Shown here: positions 9,478 through 17,450 of the stretch, in pieces
How the letters are laid out: each line of letters starts with the position of its first letter
Position numbering within the stretch: the first letter of the stretch is position 1
Assembly: GCA_051747805.1 (NCBI GenBank)
Contig: JBNJGP010000048.1
Location: forward strand, 1 to 20,740
Direction: 5' to 3'
From: Candidatus Muiribacteriota bacterium
Lineage (GTDB): Bacteria > Muiribacteriota > Muiribacteriia > Muiribacteriales > Muiribacteriaceae
DNA length: 20,740 bases
Program-made: the position numbers and the translations under genes
The notes under the pieces: generated by a model
The model's database searches: none
Seen by the model: the letters and a program-made list of their open reading frames with translations, nothing else
Told to the model about the DNA's origin: nothing

Positions 9478-9506
9478 TTGACAATAGAGTAGATTTTTAA
9501 TAGTCT
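9478..9506 (+). promoter_or_regulatory. Putative sigma-70 promoter
   Basis: TTGACA(9478-9483)-N17-TAGTCT(9501-9506) in the 137-bp gap before CDS 9589. Confidence 0.6.
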
Positions 9507-9588
9507 TAAGTTTTATTGAGAGTATAAATTTATGGTTACTTATTGAAGAAAATTTTATAAATAGAAAAAATTAATAAGAGGTAGGAGA

Positions 9589-9924
9589 ATGCCGCTTGGA
9601 AAATATTATCCATTATTTTTAGAAGAACTTTTTATTGTTCATCTTTATGGAACAGATGAAGAGGTTAAAAAATTTTATGAGTTAATGGAGCCTGAAAATC
9701 GCAACAAACCTGAAAACATTGTAGCTCTTGCAACTTTAATTGAGGATATAAAAAGAAAAAATCTCACAAATATGAACTGGTATTGCTGTTCGAGATGTGA
9801 AAATTTCAAATTATGCCGAATTAACTGGTTTAGAGGAGAAAGTAATCTTGAAAGAAACTGCTGTACGTATTGTCAGAATTTTGAAAAATGCTATGAAATA
9901 TATAAAAAAATAGGTGAAGGTTAA
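9589..9924 (+). CDS. Small Cys-rich protein with a duplicated CCxxCxNFxxC motif (putative metal or Fe-S binding)
   Basis: CCSRCENFKLC (aa 66-76) and CCTYCQNFEKC (aa 91-101). GAGGTAGGAG purine tract before the ATG. Confidence 0.8.
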   Translation: MPLGKYYPLFLEELFIVHLYGTDEEVKKFYELMEPENRNKPENIVALATLIEDIKRKNLTNMNWYCCSRCENFKLCRINWFRGESNLERNCCTYCQNFEKCYEIYKKIGEG

Positions 9925-9930
9925 TATAGA

Positions 9931-10422
9931 ATGTTTTCCAGACATTTATTTGTGCCAGATAAAAGAAAATATATCCGGGAAAAAGAAAAAAGGGATAAAT
10001 CGCCCTGCATTCTGTGTGCAATTAGGGATAATCTTGATGAAGTGAAAAAATATGATGTCTATAGAAGCGAAAACTTTATTGTATCAGTAAATTTATACCC
10101 ATATAACCCGGGGCATATAATGATTTTCCCAAAAAATCATATAGAATCATTTGATGAGTTTGAGCAAAAAAATTATTTTGAGTTTTTTGAGCTGAAAAAA
10201 AAATGTTTAAAAATTCTTGAAACAGTTTATTCTCCTGGGGGATTTAATATAGGATTTAATGTTGGAAATGCCGGCGGTGCAAGTATAAAGCATCTGCATA
10301 TGCATATTGTACCCAGGTTTGAAAATGAACTTGGTTTTGTAGATATTTTATCAGGAGCAAAAATAACAATAGAAACTCCAGATGAAATTTATAATAAGCT
10401 GAAACTTGAGTTTTCAAAATAA
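9931..10422 (+). CDS. HIT-family protein (FHIT / Ap4A hydrolase-phosphorylase-like)
   Basis: CILC, NLYPYNPGHIMIFP, GFNIGFNVGNAGGAS and the histidine triad HLHMHIVPR. Confidence 0.92.
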   Translation: MFSRHLFVPDKRKYIREKEKRDKSPCILCAIRDNLDEVKKYDVYRSENFIVSVNLYPYNPGHIMIFPKNHIESFDEFEQKNYFEFFELKKKCLKILETVYSPGGFNIGFNVGNAGGASIKHLHMHIVPRFENELGFVDILSGAKITIETPDEIYNKLKLEFSK

Positions 10423-10433
10423 ATGGAGATGTT

Positions 10434-11174
10434 ATGAAAAAAAGAATTTATACCTTAATTATAATTACTTTTTTCTGTCAAATTCTACATTCGTATAAAA
10501 TAGAGTTCAGGAAGAATTTTTCAGAAATTTCTCAACTTAATACCGGCGTTGTGAATATTAACAGATTAAATCTAAGAAGCGGTCCCTCAACTCAATATCC
10601 TGTTATTGAAACAGTGAAAATCGGCGATGTTTTATCAATTACCAGTCATTCCTCAGATACCTGGCTTGAAATATCTCTCCCGCCAATGAAAGGGTACATT
10701 CATGAAGATTATTTAGAAATAGTTGAGGAAGAAGATGAAGAACTGATTTTTGATTTTGATACAAAAGAGGTGTTTATTGATTATACTCAGAATTTTGATG
10801 AGCTGATGGGTGAGGTTACTGGTGATAATGTTAATGTTAGAAGAGAACCCACCGTTGAAAGTAAACGAAGGGCAATTGCACGACGTAGAACTCGTGTAAA
10901 AATACTTGAAAAACATGGTGAGTGGTATTTTATAAGTTTTCTTTCCCAGCGTGAGGGTTATGTGTACGCAAGATATATCAGTCGCGAGAGAAGAGGGAAA
11001 ATTTTAATGGATTTAACTCCCCTGACAAAAAGTGCCACAGGTGATGAAATAGTTAAATATGTGCCAAAAGATGAGGAAATTTTTATTTTTGAAAGAAAAA
11101 ATGATTATTTCAGAGTATATTTAAATAATCTTGGCGATGAGGGCTGGGTTCCCGTTCAGAGTGTTGTTGAATGA
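10434..11174 (+). CDS. Secreted protein with three bacterial SH3 (SH3b) domains
   Basis: Signal peptide, then LNLRSGPSTQYPVI...WLEI...GYIHEDYL; VNVRREPT...WYFI...EGYVYARYI; and a third unit ending YFRV...EGWVPVQSV. Confidence 0.85.
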   Translation: MKKRIYTLIIITFFCQILHSYKIEFRKNFSEISQLNTGVVNINRLNLRSGPSTQYPVIETVKIGDVLSITSHSSDTWLEISLPPMKGYIHEDYLEIVEEEDEELIFDFDTKEVFIDYTQNFDELMGEVTGDNVNVRREPTVESKRRAIARRRTRVKILEKHGEWYFISFLSQREGYVYARYISRERRGKILMDLTPLTKSATGDEIVKYVPKDEEIFIFERKNDYFRVYLNNLGDEGWVPVQSVVE

Positions 11175-11599
11175 AAGTTGAATTAATCTGTGCCGGAAAG
11201 CTTAAAAAAGAGTTTGAACTTCTGTGTGATTTTTATGAAAAAAGATGCCGGCAGTTTATAAACCTGAAAATAATTGAAATTAAAGGGAAAAAAGAGAAAG
11301 AGCTTGATTATAATATAATAAAAAATTTAAAAAGTGATTATTTTAAAATTCTTTTTTCACCTGACGGTTTTGAGATGAAAAAAGATAATTGTTTTTTTAA
11401 AATTTTTTCAAAACATGCCAGGGTGCAGTTTATAATTGGCGGGGATAATGGTGTGGGAGAAATAATTAAAAAAGAGGCAGATAAAATTTTTTCTATCTCA
11501 AATCTTGTATTTCCGCATCAGTTATTTAGAATTTTAATTTTAGAGCAGATTTACAGGGGAATGGCTATTTTTAATAATCATCCTTATCATAAAGGATAA
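11171..11599 (+). CDS. rlmH: 23S rRNA (pseudouridine-1915-N3)-methyltransferase RlmH
   Basis: N-terminal ICAGKLK, FIIGGDNG, SISNLVFPHQLFRILILEQIYRG and C-terminal HPYHK, which are the RlmH SPOUT motifs. Confidence 0.95.
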   Translation: MKVELICAGKLKKEFELLCDFYEKRCRQFINLKIIEIKGKKEKELDYNIIKNLKSDYFKILFSPDGFEMKKDNCFFKIFSKHARVQFIIGGDNGVGEIIKKEADKIFSISNLVFPHQLFRILILEQIYRGMAIFNNHPYHKG

Positions 11600-11601
11600 A
11601 T

Positions 11602-14600
11602 ATGAATTTTATTAATTTAATAGATAAAATATTTGGAACAAAACTCCAGAATTTAATATTAAAAATAAAGGCAGAGTATTATTTTAATAATTTTAATTTT
11701 AAAAAGGCAATACCCAAGTATGAAAACCTCCTAAAAGAGGAAGGAATAGAGGATAAAACCCGGATTAAATTCGCAGTATGTCTAAGACATACTGGACAAT
11801 ATAACAGGGCATTTTCAGAAATTAAAAAAGTACAGAATCTTGAGATTCCTGAATATTATATAGAACTTGGACGCCTTTATCTGGCAAAAGAAAATCCTGC
11901 CGGACTGGAATATATAGAAAAGGCGCTTGAGCTTAAAACTGAGAAAGATTATTTAATTGAGTTAGCACAGGCTGCTTTTAAATTCAATAAACTTGAAAAA
12001 TCCCTGAGTGTTTATGAAAACATTTATCATAATTATTCACAGCAGCCCCCGATTGTTTTAGAACTTGTAAAACTTTATTACTATACTAAAAAATATGGGA
12101 AGTGTGAGGAATTTCTTGATATTTACGAGGATTTAAAAACACATGATGAATTAGATAATTATAAATACAGAGGATTACTTGCAGAAACAACCGGTGATTA
12201 TGAAAAGGCGCGGCTTAATTTTGAAAAACTTATTTTCAAAGAGCCTGAAAATGAAATAGCTTTTGAACATCTATCTTTTATTTATGAAAACACCTCTAAT
12301 TATGAGGCTTTAGAAAAACTTCTTCAAAATCGCGAAAAATTATTTCCCGGAGACCTTAAAATTAAATATAGACTAGGTTCACTTTTTCTTCAGTTAAAAA
12401 AACTTTCAAAGGCTAGAACTTGCTTTGAAATATTAATTGAAAATAATTATTTTGATAAAAAGTTCATACAGAAATATTTAGAAGTTCTTCTTGAATACAG
12501 AGATTATATCCGGGCAGAAAAATTATGCCTGAATCTTATAGACAGTCAGGTTTTTACTAGAAGTGAACTTTCTGCAGTATTATCTGAAATCTATTTAAAA
12601 ACAGGCAAAATTTCTCTTTTTTTAAAATATATGGATTATGAGAAAGATCCTGAAAAATATCGCAGACATATAAAAAGATTTAAAAATGTTGATAAAGAAT
12701 TAATTTATGGCATGATTTTTAAAAAAGGAGACAAGTTTGAGGCAATAACCAAATGTGAATTTATTACGCTTGATAAAGTTATCAGCACTGATAAAGAAAT
12801 AATAAACAATTTTTTAAGCTTTAACGAGGACCTTTTTCTTATAGGCTGGAATGAAAATTTTTCAACTCAAATTAATACTTCAAACAAAGTTTTTTATATT
12901 GAAAAAATTATAAAAAATATTCCGGTTTGTTTTAAAAACCCTGAGAATGTTAATGAACTTGAAGATATTATAAAACAGGTTATTGATTATTTCAGAGAGA
13001 ATGAAAAAGTTTTTCAGGCCTATATTCATATGGCTAGGGAAAAACAGAGGGAGTTTTATTTTTTTATAAAAAGATTTTTAAATACAAAATTAACCACTTT
13101 TAATATCGAAGATTTTTTAGAGCATCATTCTATAAGAAAGGAAATAATTAAAAATAATGAATTTATTTTCGATGAGTTTTGCGATAGAGAATTTTTAAAA
13201 GAGAAGAACATTTATTTTGAGGCACCTGAACACGAAAACTTTAATGAGCTTATTTACACTTTATTAAAAAAGTATTCAAACAAGTTTTTATTTATTCTCC
13301 CCCAGGGCAGTTCTTATGAAAAATTGAGAAAAAAATATTTAAATTATAATAACTTTATCTATTTTGGCGGGAATTATATTTGTCTCTATAAGTTGAGAGA
13401 AATTTTTAAAATTAAAGAAGAAACATTATCTGATATTGTTTTCTGGCTTTCAAATACTTTTACTGGACTTCTTGCAGAAACAAACCTTTCAGATGAGTAT
13501 AAAAACTATTTATGCGCCTCCGATGATAATTGCCTGCAGCTTGAATGTCCCTATTATGAGAAATGTTATTTTCAGCTGGTTAAAAGAAATATATTTAAAA
13601 ACCGTATAATTTTAACTGACTGTCAGAACCTTTCTTTTTTTGAGGAGAAAATTGAATCAGCCCTGATATATTTAACCCCTGAACTTATACAGGATATTTT
13701 TTCTGCAGAATATTTAAATATTAAAAAATTTTCTCTTTTTTTAAATAAAATGGAACTGTATTTTGAAATTAATTTAAAAAATAATTCACAGGCTTTTAAT
13801 TTTTACAGGAAGCTTAAAGAAAGTATAATAAAGATTGATAGATTAACTAAAAGAATTTATGAAATTTCCAGTCTGGAATCTGGTTTTGAAACAATTTCGG
13901 CAAGAGAGCTTTTTGAGAGTTCGCCTGAAATAAAAACTTATTTTAAAAGATTTTATTCTTATGGCGATTTATTAAAAGAAAATCTCTATAATGTTGAGTC
14001 CTATCTTAATAAATATAAACTTCATATAGTTGAGCTTAATTTTTTCAGAAACGGATTGTACAAATATATAAAGAAAATAGAAAAAATAATAAATAATTCC
14101 GGAGATTTCTGGATTAAAGTTTCTTCCTCTAACTATATTTTTTATAATACAAGAGAAAATTGTTTGAAAAAGTTTACAAAAAAAATTTTTTTAAACAATA
14201 ATTATGCTTTACATAAAAGTTTTTCAATTTTAAAAGAAGTTTTTAAAATAAATAAACAGAAGTTAAACTTTAATCTTCCAAGACATAAGGAAGAAGTTTT
14301 AGTTTTTGAAAAATTCTTTTATTATCAGCTCGTTAAAAATTCCTCAAGTCCTAATGTTGAGCCATATCTTGATTATTATTCTAATATATATCAGATAATA
14401 AAAGAGCAGGATGTGTCAAATTTTTTAAAGTTAGAATATATACAAAAAAAATATAGAAGCACTTTAAAGCAGGTATACAGGGAAAACTGCCTTGAGATTC
14501 TTTCAGAAGATATTTCAGATTTAATTTTTGAACTTGCTTTTATTGGAAAGACAATTTTTTATATTAATAAAAAAATACTTCCTGTGAAACTCATAGAGAA

Positions 14601-15681
14601 GCTCAAAAAAAATGGATTTCCCGTTTGTCTTTTGTCCTATGATGACAGAATTGAAGATTATGAAACAAAGGTAAGGGGGATAAAAAATGGTTTTTATAAA
14701 ATTGTTTTTTCTACAAATAAAGAGCTTTTTCCAGATAAGTTCAGAACCTCTTTTGTTTTTTGTACCCAGAAAGAAGGAAAATATTTTAAAGACCATATAA
14801 AGTTTATAATAAAAGATAGCAAAAAACCATTAATTGATTATAAAATGGAGGCCAAATTCTTTCATGCACGAAAAATTATTGATAAGCCTGATTATAAAAT
14901 TATCAGTTATGAACAGCTAAAAAAAATACTGTTTGAAAAAGATGAAAATAATATTGAAGCTTTTCTTATGAAAAAGTTTAATTATGATTACTTTTTCAGC
15001 ACCAAACCCGATTTTAATTTAAACGTACTCACCCCATTTTTTAAAGAGCTTGTAATGGACCTTTTCTGGTTTAATTTTAAAAATAAAAAAATTATTGTGC
15101 GGCAGTTAAGAAATAAAGAGATAAATTATTTCGAGCTTCTTTTGTATCTTTATTCTAAAGGAGTGAAAATAAACTATTCTTTTAAAGTTCAACTTAATAA
15201 AGAAAGCGCAGCCTCTGAAAAAGCATTGTATAAAAACCTACTTTCAATTATTGAAATGCTTGAATATTTCAATTCATTTGATGAAATTAGGGTATTTGGT
15301 AAAAAAGAATTCAACCAAAACCATTTTGACTTTGAGGCTTCTGCCTTTTTCTGGCTTTTCAAATTAGAAGAGCTGGGAATGGTTAAAATGGAGTTTATTA
15401 ATGAAAAATTCAGAATAATTTTTAATAAAAAAATCGAAAACCTTATACTTTTTATAAAAGAATATTTTAATAAAATGGAAAAAGTTTTAAAAATTTTAAA
15501 AAACGAATTTAATATTGATATTAGCACCTATACAAATGTAAATATATTTGATGTTTGTTTAAGAATTTCCGATATGAACTATGAAGAAATTTTTTATTTT
15601 ATTTATGCAATCAATTATATGGGAATAATTGATTCAGAGCCTTTGAATCTATATTTCTCAAAAAAGCTGAAAATAAAATAG
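11602..15681 (+). CDS. Giant TPR protein fused to degenerate DnaQ-like, DinG (Fe-S) and RecQ-like modules (putative pseudo-helicase)
   Basis: N-terminal TPRs (about aa 20-345). EIINNFLSFNEDLFLIGWNENF resembles ExoII. IYFEAPEHENFN sits at the Walker A position. GGNYICLYKL and NCLQLECPYYEKCYF match the DinG Fe-S cysteines. GKTIFY...LKKNG...GIKNGFYKIVF resembles RecQ. Confidence 0.8.
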   Translation: MNFINLIDKIFGTKLQNLILKIKAEYYFNNFNFKKAIPKYENLLKEEGIEDKTRIKFAVCLRHTGQYNRAFSEIKKVQNLEIPEYYIELGRLYLAKENPAGLEYIEKALELKTEKDYLIELAQAAFKFNKLEKSLSVYENIYHNYSQQPPIVLELVKLYYYTKKYGKCEEFLDIYEDLKTHDELDNYKYRGLLAETTGDYEKARLNFEKLIFKEPENEIAFEHLSFIYENTSNYEALEKLLQNREKLFPGDLKIKYRLGSLFLQLKKLSKARTCFEILIENNYFDKKFIQKYLEVLLEYRDYIRAEKLCLNLIDSQVFTRSELSAVLSEIYLKTGKISLFLKYMDYEKDPEKYRRHIKRFKNVDKELIYGMIFKKGDKFEAITKCEFITLDKVISTDKEIINNFLSFNEDLFLIGWNENFSTQINTSNKVFYIEKIIKNIPVCFKNPENVNELEDIIKQVIDYFRENEKVFQAYIHMAREKQREFYFFIKRFLNTKLTTFNIEDFLEHHSIRKEIIKNNEFIFDEFCDREFLKEKNIYFEAPEHENFNELIYTLLKKYSNKFLFILPQGSSYEKLRKKYLNYNNFIYFGGNYICLYKLREIFKIKEETLSDIVFWLSNTFTGLLAETNLSDEYKNYLCASDDNCLQLECPYYEKCYFQLVKRNIFKNRIILTDCQNLSFFEEKIESALIYLTPELIQDIFSAEYLNIKKFSLFLNKMELYFEINLKNNSQAFNFYRKLKESIIKIDRLTKRIYEISSLESGFETISARELFESSPEIKTYFKRFYSYGDLLKENLYNVESYLNKYKLHIVELNFFRNGLYKYIKKIEKIINNSGDFWIKVSSSNYIFYNTRENCLKKFTKKIFLNNNYALHKSFSILKEVFKINKQKLNFNLPRHKEEVLVFEKFFYYQLVKNSSSPNVEPYLDYYSNIYQIIKEQDVSNFLKLEYIQKKYRSTLKQVYRENCLEILSEDISDLIFELAFIGKTIFYINKKILPVKLIEKLKKNGFPVCLLSYDDRIEDYETKVRGIKNGFYKIVFSTNKELFPDKFRTSFVFCTQKEGKYFKDHIKFIIKDSKKPLIDYKMEAKFFHARKIIDKPDYKIISYEQLKKILFEKDENNIEAFLMKKFNYDYFFSTKPDFNLNVLTPFFKELVMDLFWFNFKNKKIIVRQLRNKEINYFELLLYLYSKGVKINYSFKVQLNKESAASEKALYKNLLSIIEMLEYFNSFDEIRVFGKKEFNQNHFDFEASAFFWLFKLEELGMVKMEFINEKFRIIFNKKIENLILFIKEYFNKMEKVLKILKNEFNIDISTYTNVNIFDVCLRISDMNYEEIFYFIYAINYMGIIDSEPLNLYFSKKLKIK

Positions 15682-15693
15682 GAGGAATTTATA

Positions 15694-17430
15694 TTGGATT
15701 TACATAGATTAATTTCACGATTTGCAAATAAAAAACATATTTTTTTTACTTTGTTTTTAATTATTTTTTCAATTATTTCATTTTGTTTAAAACTTGATTA
15801 CAAAGAACTTAAAACACATAATTATCCTGTAGTAAATTCTGTTATTGATGTTGAGCATGAAGGAATACATATTCCAGACATTTATCCTGAGGATGTTAAG
15901 GTATGGGTAAAAACCCAGGTTCCTTTTTCGCTTGAAAATGCCCAGATACCTCTGTCGCTTGTATTGATAAAAGATAAATCTAACTCAATGTTAGATTATT
16001 TTGAAAGACAGAAACTTGGTATGAATACATTTTTAGAGCAGGTGAAGGAAAAAGATAAACTAAAATTATATTCTTTTGACAGACGTAAGTTTAAACTTCA
16101 GGACTGGACTTCAAACATATCGCTAATAGAAAGAAGTTATCAGGATTTAAAGGCAGAGGGTAGAACAGCCCTTTATGACACACTTTATGAGGTGCTTGAG
16201 GATTTAGAGCAGAAACAAAAAGAATATACTGGTATAGTTTTATTTTCTGATGGAATTGATGAATCATATATTGGTTCTGGTCAATATTCAAAAAAGGACC
16301 TTGATGATGTAATAAATAAAGCCCGTCATATGGAAATTCCAGTACATGTAATTTCGTATGGTAATAGAGTAGAAGAAAATTATATGAAGCATTTAACCGA
16401 AAAAACTAATGGACATTTTTATAATAATCCTTCATATTCCATGTATGAAAAAATATATTCAAATATTACAGATTCTTTTAATCAGGATATTAATTTAACC
16501 CATACAAGTCCATTTAAAGACTGGTATGATGGTAAAAGGATTGTTGAAATAGAGGTAAGTAAAAAAGGTGAGAAAGACTCAGAGGAAAAAAGTTATATAA
16601 GAGAAGGGGAACCCTACTCAAGCCCCGATGTTTCAAAAAGGGACGAGGTACTTCAGCTTATGGAGACAATGCCTAAAGTAACAATTCTTGCAACAGACAG
16701 GAATAATAAATTAATTGACGGAAATTTTCAGATACTTGTTAACGGACAGGTAGTGGATAGTGGTAATATTCAAAACGGCAGCGGTGTATTTGATTTAAAG
16801 CAGTATTATTTTGATGAGTATTTCGAGAGAACTCCGGATGAGTATGAGAAAATGCGGAAAAAATCAGTAATGTTTTCTCCAGAATTAAAAATGCTTGTAT
16901 GGACAACCGAGGCAGATAATCAGTTTATACAGCTTAAAGTTGAGCTTGAAAGTCTTGACGGTAAGAGAAAATATGAATTTTTATCCACGCTTGATGGAAA
17001 AGGAACAAATAAAATAACTCAGGATATTCTTGAAGGAGTATATAATTTAAATATAAAGCAGGGAAACAGAGTATTAACAAAAGATGTTGTAGAAATTAAA
17101 AAAGGCCGCAGATTGACCAGAGACTATAAGTTTGGTAGAATCACCTTAAGAAAAGAACAAACACTTTTTTCAGACCGTGAACTTAGCGGATTAAATGTTA
17201 GTATTTATGATGAATATACAGGTAGATATTTACATCGTGATACTCCGCTTTATAAAGTTACCGGGGGGCAGTCGCATTTTCTGTTGCCGCCGGGAAAATA
17301 TATAATTAAACTTGACAACAAGAATAATAATAATAATATATTAAAGGGAAAAGTTGAATTTAACTGTATAATTTTAGGCGGTGAAAGTATTATTTCAGCC
17401 GTTAAAAGAGAAGATTTATCAAATTTATAA
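15694..17430 (+). CDS. Exported or membrane-anchored von Willebrand factor A domain protein
   Basis: TTG start with GGAGG RBS (15681-15685) and an N-terminal hydrophobic helix. MIDAS motifs LVLIKDKSNSM (DxSxS), GRTALYD and IVLFSDG. The C-terminal half looks beta-rich. Confidence 0.88.
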   Translation: MDLHRLISRFANKKHIFFTLFLIIFSIISFCLKLDYKELKTHNYPVVNSVIDVEHEGIHIPDIYPEDVKVWVKTQVPFSLENAQIPLSLVLIKDKSNSMLDYFERQKLGMNTFLEQVKEKDKLKLYSFDRRKFKLQDWTSNISLIERSYQDLKAEGRTALYDTLYEVLEDLEQKQKEYTGIVLFSDGIDESYIGSGQYSKKDLDDVINKARHMEIPVHVISYGNRVEENYMKHLTEKTNGHFYNNPSYSMYEKIYSNITDSFNQDINLTHTSPFKDWYDGKRIVEIEVSKKGEKDSEEKSYIREGEPYSSPDVSKRDEVLQLMETMPKVTILATDRNNKLIDGNFQILVNGQVVDSGNIQNGSGVFDLKQYYFDEYFERTPDEYEKMRKKSVMFSPELKMLVWTTEADNQFIQLKVELESLDGKRKYEFLSTLDGKGTNKITQDILEGVYNLNIKQGNRVLTKDVVEIKKGRRLTRDYKFGRITLRKEQTLFSDRELSGLNVSIYDEYTGRYLHRDTPLYKVTGGQSHFLLPPGKYIIKLDNKNNNNNILKGKVEFNCIILGGESIISAVKREDLSNL

Positions 17431-17450
17431 AAAAATAATTTGGAGGGAAC

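Noticed and set aside
11570..11602. 3' end of rlmH as a possible island attachment site (as with orfX/SCCmec)
   Set aside because: The next gene starts 2 nt after the stop and uses an RBS within rlmH. No recombinase or convincing duplicated att sequence is seen; TTATCATAA at ~12024 is a short match inside a CDS.
15568..15575. Other CCGATA boxes: TCCGATAT ~120 nt upstream of the VWA gene, TCCGATAA at 1643 and GCCGATAG at 20700
   Set aside because: None has TAAA at a 15-16-nt spacing. The first two are intragenic and the third is part of the repeat tract.
17324..17340. (AAT)n microsatellite encoding poly-Asn in the VWA protein
   Set aside because: Short, in frame and expected at this base composition.
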